Assembly (NCBI GenBank): GCA_035528115.1
Contig: DATKZF010000003.1
Coordinates: forward strand, 227,795 to 291,794
Length of the DNA stretch: 64,000 nucleotides
Reading direction: 5' to 3'
Source: Candidatus Bipolaricaulota bacterium
GTDB taxonomy: Bacteria; Patescibacteriota; Patescibacteriia; UBA11705; DATKZF01
In this document: positions 1-10,348 of the stretch, piece by piece
Position numbering within the stretch: position 1 is the stretch's first letter
Layout: every line of letters begins with the position of its first letter
Program-made: the position numbers and the translations under genes
Notes under the pieces: generated by a model
Seen by the model: the letters and a program-made list of their open reading frames with translations, nothing else
What the model was told of the DNA's origin: nothing
Database searches by the model: none

Positions 1-2
1 AT

Positions 3-866
3 AAGATTTCCGCTGCTGTTGAACTTAACCACAAAGACATCACGTCCTAATGTGTAGTCCCGCACCGGCGCGCCCCAGGTGGCGTTACTATATCCATCGA
101 CATAAACGTTCCCGCTGCCATCTACGACAATATTACGGCCGACATCACTACCAGTAGTCCCCAAAAAAGTATTCCAGGTCATGTCAGGATCGATTATCAC
201 CGGGATGCCGGGAATGTAATCACCCAGAGAAAACCCGACCTCGCGTTCACCGTAAAGTGTGTAGTTTACTATTACCGATTCCCTATGTCCGTCAACATCC
301 TGCCAGGCGATCGGAGCTCCTTCGATAATTGTGCCGTCTTCATAAACAACGACGAGATTGCCATTTTCGTCAATCTGTACCGGACGGTTGTATCCCAACC
401 TAATGCGGTCAACCGGAATGCCTTCTTTGGTCGCATCTATGTAATATGTACTCTTGACAATTGATTGTTCATTGGCTTCATAAGCCACTGTTATCCCATC
501 CCAAACATTTGTATAAGTAACTCGATTTAGAGGAAGAGCCTGATCAATATTGTTTTCTGCCAAAACACCGTCGTCCGCTTCGGGAGACACTGCGTTGGAA
601 TTAAGAAAGTCCACTTTCAGCATGTGACGCGCCGAAGCGACAATGAGGCCATCTTTATCGAAACCAACCACGTGCCCCTCGGAGGTGAATTGAAGAAGTT
701 TTTCTTCGCCGATTTTTACAGCAGAATCAGGAGTGGCGGAGGTTAGTTGTAGCATTATCGCGCCCGCGTTGACGACGTTAAAAATCATTAAAACCGAAAT
801 TAGAACAGTTAATCCTGTCAGACAAAAACGGCGTATAAAAAACAAGCTTTGAGAAATTTTGAGCAT
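3..866 (-). CDS. Secreted SBBP/beta-propeller repeat surface protein, 5' part (runs off window start)
   Basis: Manual translation from ATG 866: MLKISQSLFF..., hydrophobic N-terminus, then ...VIIDPDMTWNTFLG...DVGRNIVVDGSGNVYVDGYS...DVFVVKFNSSGNL, the SBBP-type repeat signature; absent from ORF track because truncated. Confidence 0.75.
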   Translation of the reverse strand, partial: MLKISQSLFFIRRFCLTGLTVLISVLMIFNVVNAGAIMLQLTSATPDSAVKIGEEKLLQFTSEGHVVGFDKDGLIVASARHMLKVDFLNSNAVSPEADDGVLAENNIDQALPLNRVTYTNVWDGITVAYEANEQSIVKSTYYIDATKEGIPVDRIRLGYNRPVQIDENGNLVVVYEDGTIIEGAPIAWQDVDGHRESVIVNYTLYGEREVGFSLGDYIPGIPVIIDPDMTWNTFLGTTGSDVGRNIVVDGSGNVYVDGYSNATWGAPVRDYTLGRDVFVVKFNSSGNL

Positions 867-971
867 ATTGCTTTTATTATCTTAATGTTATAATTATAAC
901 ATTTTTCTCATTACTTACAAACCATAAGTGATATTTATCAATAATTTTAAAAGCGCCAACCGTGATTGACG

Positions 972-1202
972 CTAACGGGTTCGATACGGTTTGCCGCACT
1001 GACCGCAAATTGTAATTCGATACAATCTGCCTTCCTTGCTCTTCACCATCTGGGAATTGTGGCGCTGATTGCCGCAACCAGGGCAACTGTTGAGTTGCCC
1101 TTCCCCGAACGGCAAAGATTCTACATCCACGGCTTGCCATATTTCAGGTCTCCTTCGCCTATAAAAACCGCGCTGTCCTCTTGCCTTCCTACGTTGTCCC
1201 AT
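972..1202 (-). CDS. Small basic zinc-ribbon protein (CPGC...CGQC)
   Basis: Two CxxC pairs; AAGGAG SD about 9 nt before ATG 1202; TATAAT upstream. Confidence 0.5.
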   Translation of the reverse strand: MGQRRKARGQRGFYRRRRPEIWQAVDVESLPFGEGQLNSCPGCGNQRHNSQMVKSKEGRLYRITICGQCGKPYRTR

Positions 1203-1269
1203 GGCTCTACGCTCCTTCCCGTTCCACATGGACTCCCTGATTATATTTTAACTTGAATAATAACCTTAT

Positions 1270-2001
1270 TCAAATCGGCACAGCACCTGTCGTCAATTCC
1301 ATTTCAAACCGATAGCTCCAATACTGGCCGCTCAAGCGATCGAATTCTCCTGAAACCTCATCGCTGATTTTCAATTTCAAAAGTCCGCCGATATCGTTTC
1401 TTTTTATAAATCTCAAAATTTTAATGAATTCCTTGGAGACCAAAACTCCTTTTTCTTTTTGTTTTTTAAAACAGCTCTGGCAAAAAAATCCCCCCGGAGA
1501 GAAAACCAAATAATTATTTTCACCCAAATCAAATTTACACTCCAGACATTTTTCAACATCCATTTCAAATCCGAGCGCCGAGCCCAAACTCCACAAATAA
1601 ATATTTTTCAACAATGGCAATTTGTCCTCCTGCACATTTTCCAAATAATGATAAAAATCAGTTACCACTCGCCACAAATCAAAATCAACATCACCTTCTC
1701 TGACCAAGCTTGAAAAAACTTTCAAAGCGTCAAAATGAACCTTGTGTTTTTCCAATGTCCCCAGCTCATACCGATGAATCAAACTGGCGCCGGCGATATA
1801 ATTCACTTTTTTGCCGTTGACAAAAAAAATCTCGCACAGGCACGGCGGCTCGAGGTGGCCTGACATTTTACTGAGAGATTTTTTCGCCCCTCTGGCGGTC
1901 GCCTTGAGCAATCCTTTTTTTTCCGTGTAAATAATATAAAAATTAGACGCCTCCCCAGCGTCCTTTTTCCCCAATACAATGGCTTTGTCCTTAAAATACA
2001 T
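1270..2001 (-). CDS. recO: DNA repair protein RecO
   Basis: N-terminal OB fold (AIVLGKKD.GEA...ARGAKK), CxxC...CxxC zinc finger. Confidence 0.9.
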   Translation of the reverse strand: MYFKDKAIVLGKKDAGEASNFYIIYTEKKGLLKATARGAKKSLSKMSGHLEPPCLCEIFFVNGKKVNYIAGASLIHRYELGTLEKHKVHFDALKVFSSLVREGDVDFDLWRVVTDFYHYLENVQEDKLPLLKNIYLWSLGSALGFEMDVEKCLECKFDLGENNYLVFSPGGFFCQSCFKKQKEKGVLVSKEFIKILRFIKRNDIGGLLKLKISDEVSGEFDRLSGQYWSYRFEMELTTGAVPI

Positions 2002-2004
2002 ATC

Positions 2005-2130
2005 TGCTAAATTCTAAACACGAAATCCTAAATTCTAAATAAATCTCAATTTTCCAAATCACAAATTCTAAACTTTTAAAAAATTTGAACATTGGAATTT
2101 GTTTAAAATTTCGATATTATAATTTAGGAT
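2005..2130. repeat. About 7-bp periodic AT-rich inverted-repeat tract (AAATTCT/AAATCCT family)
   Basis: ctaaattctaaacacgaaatcctaaattctaaat ... atttcgatattataatttaggattt. Confidence 0.7.
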
Positions 2131-2522
2131 TTATCCAAATAAGCTTGCAAAATAATCATAGCCGCCAATTTATCGTCAACCAGCTTTACCTTGTCTCTTT
2201 TCTCGGGAATCTCTTTGGCCAAGGATTCGGCCTGTTTGGTGCTGAATCGCTCATCCTGCCATTTAACCTCGATGACTTCCGCCAAAGCGTCGAACAATCG
2301 AGCCAATTCACCGGGAGTCTCATCTTCTCCTTTTAAATTAACGGGCTTCCCCAGCACCGCCGATTCAATTTCTTCTTGCTTGATGATTGTTTTCAACTCA
2401 TTCAATAATTCATCAAATCCTTTGTTCTTGATCGTTTTAAATCCAAAGGCCAGCTTGGTGATATCATCGCCGAGCGCCAAACCCACTTTGCTTTTACCGT
2501 AGTCAATGCCCAAAAATTGCAT
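2124..2522 (-). CDS. ruvX: YqgF/RuvX family nuclease
   Basis: LGIDYG..KVGLA, DERFST, DKLAAMIILQAYL motifs. Confidence 0.92.
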   Translation of the reverse strand: MQFLGIDYGKSKVGLALGDDITKLAFGFKTIKNKGFDELLNELKTIIKQEEIESAVLGKPVNLKGEDETPGELARLFDALAEVIEVKWQDERFSTKQAESLAKEIPEKRDKVKLVDDKLAAMIILQAYLDKS

Positions 2523-2534
2523 AAAATCATTTTT

Positions 2535-2679
2535 TAAATCCTAATCTCGAAATTCTAATTTCTAAACAATTTTCAAAATACAAATTTTCAAATTTCAAAA
2601 ACAGATAAAGTTTAAAATTTTGAACATTGGAACATTAAAAATTGTTTAGTATTTAGAAATTAGGATTTAGAATTTCTAA
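2535..2679. repeat. About 7-bp periodic inverted-repeat tract, same family as 2005-2130
   Basis: aaatcctaatctcgaaattctaatttctaaacaatttt ... aaaattgtttagtatttagaaattaggatttagaattt. Confidence 0.75.
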
Positions 2680-3450
2680 TTATAGTTTCGTCAAAACTTC
2701 CGGCGCTCCGTCCGTCACCAATATAGTATGTTCAAAGTGCGCCGATGGTTTCCTATCTCGGGTCACGAAAGTCCAGCCGTCGTCCAGCATTTCCACCTGA
2801 TATTTGCCCAAACAAACCATGGGTTCCAACGCCAAAGTCATGCCCGGTTTCAGTACGATATCTTTATCTCCGGAAACGTAATTGGGAATTTGGGGATCTT
2901 CATGAACCTCTTTGCCCACGCCGTGTCCGACCAGTGTTCGAACAACCGAAAAGCCTTCTCTTTCGGCCGCCTGTTGAATCGCACGCGAAACTTCTGAAAG
3001 CAGATGGCCGTTTTTGCATTGAGCGATACCGAGATCAAGCGCTTTTTTCGTGGTTTTAATCAATTTTTGGACGTCCTTGTCTATCTTGCCGACCGGTACG
3101 GTAATGGCCATATCAGTATATGTTCCGCCTTTGGCCGGATATTGCATGCCGATATCCAAACTGACGATATCTCCTTCTTTTAATATTTTTTCCGAACTCG
3201 CGATGCCGTGCACCACTTCTTCATTGACGGATACGCAAAGAGTGCAAGGAAACGGATTTCGCGACCCGCCATATCCCTTGAATGACGGGCGTCCGCCGCG
3301 AGCGAGTATTAATTTTTCTGCGACTCGATCCAATTCCAAAGAACCTACTCCCGGCTTGACCAGAGCGGCGACTTCATGCAAAATCTCAGCCAAAATTTTC
3401 CCGCCCTCTTTCATCGTTTTGACTTCAGCCGGCGTTTTGATTATTATCAT
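2680..3450 (-). CDS. map: Methionine aminopeptidase type I
   Basis: CVSVNEEVVHGI, GHGVG..VHEDP, SAHFEHT motifs. Confidence 0.96.
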   Translation of the reverse strand: MIIIKTPAEVKTMKEGGKILAEILHEVAALVKPGVGSLELDRVAEKLILARGGRPSFKGYGGSRNPFPCTLCVSVNEEVVHGIASSEKILKEGDIVSLDIGMQYPAKGGTYTDMAITVPVGKIDKDVQKLIKTTKKALDLGIAQCKNGHLLSEVSRAIQQAAEREGFSVVRTLVGHGVGKEVHEDPQIPNYVSGDKDIVLKPGMTLALEPMVCLGKYQVEMLDDGWTFVTRDRKPSAHFEHTILVTDGAPEVLTKL

Positions 3451-4085
3451 ACTCTTATCTTCAAAATGATTTGCTTGAATACCTTATCTATCTCCTTGCT
3501 GGCGTCTATCTCGCGCACGGCCACATTATCAAATTGTCGAAAAAAATCAAGCAACGGCGCGGTGGATCGACGATATATTCCCAACCTCTTTCGAATCGAT
3601 TCGGCATGATCATCTTTTCGCTGTATCAATTTATCGCCGCATTCATCGCACACACCCTTATTTTTGGGAGGATTATTATCGAGATGATAAATTTTACCGC
3701 ATCGCGGACATATTCGCCTCCCGCCGATTCGCTCGATCGCGGTTTTATTGTCCAATTTTAAAGCAATGACTGTCAGCGGCGACTTTCTTTCCGTTAAAAA
3801 GGTCTCCAAGGCTCTGGCTTGATTTTTATTTCTGGGAAATCCGTCGAGAATGAAATTTTTGCCTCGTTCTTTCAATTCATCCATGATAATTTCAATGATG
3901 ATTTCATCGGGCACCAACCTACCCGATTTCAAATCTATTTTTCGACCGATAGACGTTCTTTTTTTGACTTCTTCTCTTAAAATATCTCCGGAAGAAATAA
4001 CTTTCAATTTGTATTTTTGAGCTAATTTTTTGGCTTGAGTGCCTTTGCCCGAGCCCTGCGGACCCATTATTAAAATATTTTTCAT
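3447..4085 (-). CDS. adk: Adenylate kinase (zinc lid)
   Basis: GPQGSGKGTQ P-loop, LDGFPR, CxxC lid. Confidence 0.95.
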   Translation of the reverse strand: MKNILIMGPQGSGKGTQAKKLAQKYKLKVISSGDILREEVKKRTSIGRKIDLKSGRLVPDEIIIEIIMDELKERGKNFILDGFPRNKNQARALETFLTERKSPLTVIALKLDNKTAIERIGGRRICPRCGKIYHLDNNPPKNKGVCDECGDKLIQRKDDHAESIRKRLGIYRRSTAPLLDFFRQFDNVAVREIDASKEIDKVFKQIILKIRV

Positions 4086-4127
4086 ATTAACGAATATATT
4101 ATAGCTTCTATAATTGATTTAGTCCAT

Positions 4128-4158
4128 AAAAAAATTCGAAGATATCTTCGAATTTTCA
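4128..4158. terminator. Hairpin after secY
   Basis: aaaattcgaaga-ta-tcttcgaatttt palindrome with U-run on minus strand. Confidence 0.5.
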
Positions 4159-4179
4159 AAAATTTTTATAAAAAAACAT

Positions 4180-5451
4180 TTAAAACCCATCGTAATCTCT
4201 CATTACCACTTGCGATTCTATCTGCTTCACCGTCTCAATAACCACGCTGACCACGATGAGCAAACTGGTGCCGCCGATCACGAGCGACGTCATGCCCGTG
4301 GCTTGCCTCATAACCAGCGGTAAAACCGCGATCACGCCCAAAAACAACGCGCCAATCAAAGTGATTCTTTTGATGGTATTGCTCAAATACATTTCAGTAT
4401 GCTGACCGGGTCTGATGCCTGGAATAAAGCCGCCCTGTTTTTGCAAATTTTCCGCAATCTGTCCGGGATGGAAAATAACGGCGGTGTAAAAATAAGTGAA
4501 GCCGAAAACCAACAAGAAATAAAGCACTCCGTAAAAAAGCTGGTTTTGAAAAACATTGATTACGAACTGCGCCAAGTGAGCGATAAACTCGGTCTTGGCG
4601 TTGACAAAAAACTGAGCGACCATGGACGGAAACAATATCAAAGAAATCGCGAAAATAATCGGTATCACGCCGGCCTGATTTACTCGCAGCGGCAGATGAG
4701 TGCTCGAGCCTCCGTACATTTTCATGCCGCGAACGCGTCTGGCGTAAGACACCGGAATATTGCGCTGTCCTTCGGTAATTACCACCACGCCGATAATCGT
4801 AATCAAAGCGATGGCTACAAACACCACCAATGTCACCAAGTTCGATCGATCGAAATTAATCAATGTCTGTTGAATGATTTGAGGGATTCTGGAAACGATG
4901 CCGGCGAAAATTATCAATGAAATGCCGTTGCCGATTTTTTTATCGGAAATCAATTCGCCGATCCAGACCAAAAACATGGTGCCCGCCGATATGGTGATGA
5001 TCATGGCGATGTATTGAAAAAGACTTTTATCCGCAATGATCTGTTGCGACGATTGTCCCAAAATTCGAATCATGGCGTACGCCTGCATTACCGCCAATGG
5101 GATGGTGGCAATCCTGGTGTACATGTTGATTTTCTGTCTGCCGACTTCTTCCTTTTGCATTTCTTCAAGCTTCGGCACGATCATGCCCAAAAGCTGAAAA
5201 ATAATGGAAGCTGTAATGTACGGCGCCACGCCCATCATCACGATGGAAAAGTTTTCCATGCCGCCGCCCGAAAAAATATTCAACAATCCCAATATCTCAT
5301 TGGAAGCGAAAAATTCTTTTAAGTTGGCGAGATTGATGCCGGGAATCGGAATATGCGCCGCGAATCTAAAAATGGCCAACATGACCAGCACGTACAAAAT
5401 GCTGTTTCGCAAATCTTTTATTTTCCAAATCTGGGTCAATTTTTCCCACAT
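4180..5451 (-). CDS. secY: Preprotein translocase SecY
   Basis: Multiple TM segments; GIGNGISL-like, AGVIPIIFA, IPGIRPG, GGTSLLIVV motifs. Confidence 0.97.
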   Translation of the reverse strand: MWEKLTQIWKIKDLRNSILYVLVMLAIFRFAAHIPIPGINLANLKEFFASNEILGLLNIFSGGGMENFSIVMMGVAPYITASIIFQLLGMIVPKLEEMQKEEVGRQKINMYTRIATIPLAVMQAYAMIRILGQSSQQIIADKSLFQYIAMIITISAGTMFLVWIGELISDKKIGNGISLIIFAGIVSRIPQIIQQTLINFDRSNLVTLVVFVAIALITIIGVVVITEGQRNIPVSYARRVRGMKMYGGSSTHLPLRVNQAGVIPIIFAISLILFPSMVAQFFVNAKTEFIAHLAQFVINVFQNQLFYGVLYFLLVFGFTYFYTAVIFHPGQIAENLQKQGGFIPGIRPGQHTEMYLSNTIKRITLIGALFLGVIAVLPLVMRQATGMTSLVIGGTSLLIVVSVVIETVKQIESQVVMRDYDGF

Positions 5452-5493
5452 AAAATAAGAATTTTCCGTCTGGTTATATTATAGCAGATATAA

Positions 5494-5979
5494 TTACTTT
5501 TTTTCAGCTTTCTTGTCTGACGAAACCGGCCTGTCCTTCTTTGCGCTTTCGATGACGCCGCCGGCAGCCGCGATTTTTTCAGCCGCAGCCTTTGAAAAAT
5601 GACAATCTTTGAATTGCAATTTCTTGGCGACTTTTCCGTCGGACAATATTTTAACGCCAAAAGACGCGTCTTTTATAAGATTCTTATCCGCCAATGTTAC
5701 CGGAGTTACGAGCTCGCCTTCGTTAAATCTCTTTTCCAAATCGGTTAAATTTACATTTTGCATTTTGGGAAACTGGCTATGAAATCCTCGCAATTTCGGA
5801 ATGGTAAGCAAACTTCTCTTAAAACCTTTGAGTTTAAGACCCTTTTTGCCGCCGGAACGGGATTTCTGCCCCTTTTGACCTCTGCCGGAATATGTGCCGT
5901 GACCGGAAGAATTACCTCGTCCGATTCTTTTCCTTTTTTTCCCATCAGCGGATTTAATTGTATGCAATTGTATTGGCAT
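5494..5979 (-). CDS. rplO: 50S ribosomal protein L15
   Basis: RIGRG.SSGHG..SGRGQKGQKSRSG. Confidence 0.95.
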   Translation of the reverse strand: MPIQLHTIKSADGKKRKRIGRGNSSGHGTYSGRGQKGQKSRSGGKKGLKLKGFKRSLLTIPKLRGFHSQFPKMQNVNLTDLEKRFNEGELVTPVTLADKNLIKDASFGVKILSDGKVAKKLQFKDCHFSKAAAEKIAAAGGVIESAKKDRPVSSDKKAEKK

Positions 5980-5981
5980 AA

Positions 5982-6581
5982 TTATTTCTTGTTAACGTCT
6001 TTCTTCTCCTTTTTGGGCTGGTTGTCTTTGCCCTGAAATTTGGGTCTGCCGCTATTATATCTTCGATCTTCTCTCTGAGATCCGGGTTCCGTTTTTTTCT
6101 CAGCTTTTTTATCCATAGAAAGACCGGTGGTTTTAAAACTTTTCAACGCGAGCATGACCGCCTGCACATTTACCAATTTGTTTCTGGTGCCTAAAATCTT
6201 GGCCACCACGTTCGGCACTCCGGCCAATTCCAAAACCTGACGAATCACACTGCCGGCTTTAATGCCCGTGCCGGCCGGAGCCGGTTTTAACATTATTTTA
6301 GCGGCTTTGTATTTCACTCTGATTTCATGAGGGATCGTTTGATTTACAATAGGCACATCAATCAAAACTTTCTTGGCTTGCTCGACAGCCTTGTTAATAG
6401 CCACGGTAACATCAGCTCCCTTGGCGACTCCGGCTCCCACTTTGCCCCTGCCGTCGCCAATGGCAACCACGGCGCGAAATCTCATTCTCTTTCCGCCGGC
6501 CATGACGCGTGTAACCCTAGCCAAGTGTATCAACTGCTGGTTATACTCGCGATCTTCCCTTTTTTTTCTACTTTTCATCAT
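5982..6581 (-). CDS. rpsE: 30S ribosomal protein S5 (C-terminal extension)
   Basis: RVTRVMAGGKRMRFRAVVAIGD, LKPAPAGTGI. Confidence 0.96.
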   Translation of the reverse strand: MMKSRKKREDREYNQQLIHLARVTRVMAGGKRMRFRAVVAIGDGRGKVGAGVAKGADVTVAINKAVEQAKKVLIDVPIVNQTIPHEIRVKYKAAKIMLKPAPAGTGIKAGSVIRQVLELAGVPNVVAKILGTRNKLVNVQAVMLALKSFKTTGLSMDKKAEKKTEPGSQREDRRYNSGRPKFQGKDNQPKKEKKDVNKK

Positions 6582-6604
6582 AATGCTATGTAACTAATAA
6601 CTTC

Positions 6605-6952
6605 TTAAAATTTCAAACCCGCGGCTCTCGCGCTTTCCGCCACAGCCTTAACTCTTCCATGATATTTGAATCCGCCGCGATCAAAAACAACTTGTTCTAT
6701 TTTTTTCTTCAATGCCTCGGCCCCGACCTGCTCTCCCAATTTGGCCGCGCGTTCCGTTTTATTGCCTTTGATTTTTCGATCATCCAAGGCTAACAAAGTT
6801 TTTCCCGCCGTATCATCGATCAATTGAACATAACAATTCAACAGACTTTTATAAACCGCCAATCTCGGACATTTTGCCGTACCAAAAATCTTGGCGCGAA
6901 CACGCCTTTGTCTGAAATATTTTCGTTGATTTTTTTTCTGTTCTTTGTTCAT
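6605..6952 (-). CDS. rplR: 50S ribosomal protein L18
   Basis: PRLAV.KS, VFDRGGFKYHGRVKA. Confidence 0.96.
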   Translation of the reverse strand: MNKEQKKNQRKYFRQRRVRAKIFGTAKCPRLAVYKSLLNCYVQLIDDTAGKTLLALDDRKIKGNKTERAAKLGEQVGAEALKKKIEQVVFDRGGFKYHGRVKAVAESARAAGLKF

Positions 6953-6968
6953 ATGTTAAAATTCGGCT

Positions 6969-7511
6969 TTATTCGCCGGATTTGGCGGTCTTGCCGGCTT
7001 TTCGGATAATTACTTCATCCACATATTTAATGCCTTTGCCTTTATACGGTTCGGGCTTTCTGACTTTTCTGATATTGGCGGCCACTTCTCCGACCAATTG
7101 CTTATCAATGCCCGAAATGGTAATAACGTTACCATCTACTTTCGCATCAATGCCCTCGGGCAATTCGAATTCCACCGGATGAGAATAACCGACGTTTAAG
7201 GTCAGCTTCTTCCCCACGACATTGGCCTTGTAACCGACGCCATTGATCTCCATTTTTTTTTCAAACCCTTCCGTAACGCCAACAATCATATTATTCACCA
7301 AGCTTCGGTACAACCCCCAGAAAGCGTTTGACTTTTTCGCGTCACCGACGATTTTACAAACAAGCTCATTATCGGTTTTTTCAAATTTAATACTCTGATG
7401 AATTTCCTGAAACAATTCACCCTTTGGTCCCTTGACGCTGACTTTCGTTCCATCCAAACTGACTTGGACATTATTCGGGATCTCTATCGGTTTTTTACCA
7501 ATTCTAGACAT
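6969..7511 (-). CDS. rplF: 50S ribosomal protein L6
   Basis: MSRIGKKPI, RKPEPYKGKGI. Confidence 0.97.
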   Translation of the reverse strand: MSRIGKKPIEIPNNVQVSLDGTKVSVKGPKGELFQEIHQSIKFEKTDNELVCKIVGDAKKSNAFWGLYRSLVNNMIVGVTEGFEKKMEINGVGYKANVVGKKLTLNVGYSHPVEFELPEGIDAKVDGNVITISGIDKQLVGEVAANIRKVRKPEPYKGKGIKYVDEVIIRKAGKTAKSGE

Positions 7512-7517
7512 ATTATA

Positions 7518-7904
7518 TTAATAAATTTCACAAATCACTTCTCCTCCAACACCCGATTTTTTCGCTTTCCTGTTGGTCATGATGCCTTTGGATGTTGAAA
7601 GGATGGCAATTCCTAAATTATTTAAAACAATCGGCAACTTGTCTTTTCCCGCATAAACGCGTCGTCCGCTCTTGCTGATTCTTTGAATATGCCTTATCAC
7701 CGACTTATTGTTATTATATTTCAATTTCAAAATCAGTTCCGGAAAAATTTCTTCCTTTTTTTTAACCTCTTCGATGAAACCTTCTTCAACCAAAATGTCA
7801 GCGATCGATTGCTTGATCTTTGAAAAAGGAATAACCACTTCAAGCTTTTTGACGGCTGAAGCGTTTCGAATTCTAGTTAACATGTCAGCGATAGGATCTG
7901 TCAT
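7518..7904 (-). CDS. rpsH: 30S ribosomal protein S8
   Basis: [29 protein letters not shown]. Confidence 0.97.
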   Translation of the reverse strand: MTDPIADMLTRIRNASAVKKLEVVIPFSKIKQSIADILVEEGFIEEVKKKEEIFPELILKLKYNNNKSVIRHIQRISKSGRRVYAGKDKLPIVLNNLGIAILSTSKGIMTNRKAKKSGVGGEVICEIY

Positions 7905-7931
7905 ATTTTAATAAATTTATAGATAAATATT

Positions 7932-8117
7932 TTACCAGCTACTTCTTGTAATTCCTGGGATTTCCCCTTTTTCCGCCAATTCACGGAAGCATATTCTACA
8001 CAAATCGAAATCTCTCATGTAGCCCCTTTTTCGACCGCACTTCCAACATCTCCGAACTTTCCTGGTCGAAAATTTGGGTTTCTTGTTCGATTTTATTATT
8101 TGCGCTTTAGTAGCCAT
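7932..8117 (-). CDS. rpsZ: 30S ribosomal protein S14 type Z (zinc-binding)
   Basis: 61 aa, RCWKCGR...LCRICFRE. Confidence 0.95.
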   Translation of the reverse strand: MATKAQIIKSNKKPKFSTRKVRRCWKCGRKRGYMRDFDLCRICFRELAEKGEIPGITRSSW

Positions 8118-8136
8118 ATTCTTTTATATTTTCAGA

Positions 8137-8688
8137 TTAATTGGTCTTGTCTTCCTTGAAAGGAAATCCGAGCAATTTTAGCAATTCATGCCCTTCGGCA
8201 TCATTTTTCGCAGTGGTGGAAATATTGATTTCCAATCCATGTATTTTATCTATTTCATCGGTTTTTATTTCCGGAAAAGCGATATGTTCTTTAAATCCGA
8301 TCGCGTAATTGCCTCGGCCATCGAATTTGCCCGCATCAAGTCCTCGGAAATCCCTGACTCGCGGCAAAGTGACATTTACCAATTTTTCCACAAAATCATA
8401 CATCCTCGGTCCACGCAAAGTCACTTTCACGCCGACCACCATGCCTTCTCTTATCTTAAAATTGGCGATTGATTTTTTAGCTTTGGTCTCCACCGGACGT
8501 TGGCCCGATATATTCAACAAAACCTTCTTAGCTGATTCCAAATAATCCGAATCTTTCAAGCCTTTGCTAATTCCAATATTGAGCGAGATTTTATCCAATC
8601 TCGGGACCTGCATATCATTTCCATAATTGAACTTCTTTTTCAACGCGGGAATGACCTTCTTTTTATATTGTTCTCTCAATCTATCCAT
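8137..8688 (-). CDS. rplE: 50S ribosomal protein L5
   Basis: AKKSIANFKIREG, LPRVRDFRG, FDGRGNY. Confidence 0.97.
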   Translation of the reverse strand: MDRLREQYKKKVIPALKKKFNYGNDMQVPRLDKISLNIGISKGLKDSDYLESAKKVLLNISGQRPVETKAKKSIANFKIREGMVVGVKVTLRGPRMYDFVEKLVNVTLPRVRDFRGLDAGKFDGRGNYAIGFKEHIAFPEIKTDEIDKIHGLEINISTTAKNDAEGHELLKLLGFPFKEDKTN

Positions 8689-8692
8689 AATA

Positions 8693-9058
8693 TTAATCTA
8701 TAGTTTCTTTACATTTTTTGCATATTCTAACCTTTTTGCTTTTACCTTCTTCGTTCTTGTTTACCGAAAAACCCACTCTGGTTGTTTTATTGCATTTCGA
8801 GCAAACCAACATAACATTGGAAATATCCATCGCGGCCGGCAATTCTATCTTCTGTCCCTTTTCTCCCATTTTCTTCGGTTTGACATGCTTAATTCTAATA
8901 TTTAATCCTTCAACGACAATTTTTTCCGCCTCAGGCAAAACCTGCAAAACCTTTCCCTGATTGGCTTTGTATGTTTTCTCGCCCTTTTTAGTCTTTTTCA
9001 ATCTATCCTTGCCGCAGACTATTTGGACTTTATCGCCTTTTTTTATCTTAATATTCAT
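8693..9058 (-). CDS. rplX: 50S ribosomal protein L24
   Basis: IKKGDKV...GKD, VEGLN, SNV; short insertion in the KOW region. Confidence 0.93.
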   Translation of the reverse strand: MNIKIKKGDKVQIVCGKDRLKKTKKGEKTYKANQGKVLQVLPEAEKIVVEGLNIRIKHVKPKKMGEKGQKIELPAAMDISNVMLVCSKCNKTTRVGFSVNKNEEGKSKKVRICKKCKETID

Positions 9059-9075
9059 AATTAATAAATTAAGCT

Positions 9076-9447
9076 TTATAAAACCTCGGGCGCCAAAGAT
9101 ACTATCTTGGTAAAACCCTTCTTTCTTAATTCCCTGGCGACCGGTCCGAAAACACGGGTGCCTTTCAATTCTTTGGTTTTTTTATCAACAATAATTGCCG
9201 CGTTATCATCAAATCTGATATAAGTGCCGTCTTCTCTTTTCGTTTCTTTTCGCACTCGAACCAAAACCGCATGCAGCACGTCTCCCTTTTTCACCGAAGA
9301 GTGCGGTTTGGCTTCCTTGACCGAAACGGTGATAATATCTCCGAGTCGAGCGTATCTCTTCTTATATCCGCCAAGCACCTTAATGCACTGGAGTTTTTTG
9401 GCTCCGGTATTATCCGCTGACATTAACATTGCTCGATTTTGTATCAT
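9076..9447 (-). CDS. rplN: 50S ribosomal protein L14
   Basis: [22 protein letters not shown]. Confidence 0.97.
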   Translation of the reverse strand: MIQNRAMLMSADNTGAKKLQCIKVLGGYKKRYARLGDIITVSVKEAKPHSSVKKGDVLHAVLVRVRKETKREDGTYIRFDDNAAIIVDKKTKELKGTRVFGPVARELRKKGFTKIVSLAPEVL

Positions 9448-9460
9448 ATTATTTCGCGGA

Positions 9461-9721
9461 TTATTTTATCTTTTTAATCACGCGCCATTTTTTATCTTTA
9501 CTCAAAGGTCGACATTCCTGAATTTCGACCACATCACCCGTCTTATACTGATTTTTCTCATCATGAGCTTTCAATTTATTGGTCAAAGTATATCTTTTCA
9601 GATATCTCGGGTGCATTTTGGATCTGGAAATCAAAACCACGACAGTCTTGTCCATTTTATCGCTGACAATCGTTCCTTGAAATTTTCGATAAATTTTCGG
9701 TTTTTTTTCTTCCATATTCAA
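9461..9721 (-). CDS. rpsQ: 30S ribosomal protein S17
   Basis: [22 protein letters not shown]. Confidence 0.96.
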   Translation of the reverse strand: MNMEEKKPKIYRKFQGTIVSDKMDKTVVVLISRSKMHPRYLKRYTLTNKLKAHDEKNQYKTGDVVEIQECRPLSKDKKWRVIKKIK

Positions 9722-9725
9722 TTTG

Positions 9726-9923
9726 TTATTTCGCTTTTCTTTCTTTTAATATCGTAAAAATTTTAGCGATTTCTTTCTTTTTCTTTCTGACATCTCTGAC
9801 GCTTTTCAATTGATCAATCGCCAATTTAAAATTCTGATCACGCAATTCATTCGTCAGCTCTTGATATTGCTCTCGCAATTGTTCATCAGATTTTGCTCGT
9901 AATTCGCTAATCTTCATATTCAT
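9726..9923 (-). CDS. rpmC: 50S ribosomal protein L29
   Basis: ELR..S...L, KKEIAKI.T; operon position. Confidence 0.9.
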   Translation of the reverse strand: MNMKISELRAKSDEQLREQYQELTNELRDQNFKLAIDQLKSVRDVRKKKKEIAKIFTILKERKAK

Positions 9924-9926
9924 TAA

Positions 9927-10343
9927 TTATTTTTTCTCAACGAATTTCGTTATAACCGGCAATTTATGACCGGCAAGACGCATTGATTCGCGCGCCACTT
10001 CTCGCGATACCCCGGAAATTTCAAACATGACAGCGCCCGGTTTAACAATCACAACGAATTTTTCCGGAGCTCCTTTGCCGCCACCCATGGTGGACTGACT
10101 GCCTTTGGCCGTCACCGGTTTGTCCGGGAAAATTCTGATCCATACTTTTCCGCCTCGTTTGATATATCTGGTAATGGCTCTTCTCGCGGCTTCAATCTGC
10201 CTGGAATCTATCCAACATCCGGTGATTGCCTTTATTCCATAATCGCCAAAAGAAACTTCGGTCATCGAGGTGGCATGCGACTGCCTGTTTCTGCCTCGGC
10301 CCTTATGCCATTTTCTATGTTTTACTTTTTTCGGTAATAACAT
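9927..10343 (-). CDS. rplP: 50S ribosomal protein L16
   Basis: [27 protein letters not shown]. Confidence 0.97.
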   Translation of the reverse strand: MLLPKKVKHRKWHKGRGRNRQSHATSMTEVSFGDYGIKAITGCWIDSRQIEAARRAITRYIKRGGKVWIRIFPDKPVTAKGSQSTMGGGKGAPEKFVVIVKPGAVMFEISGVSREVARESMRLAGHKLPVITKFVEKK

Positions 10344-10348
10344 ACTGG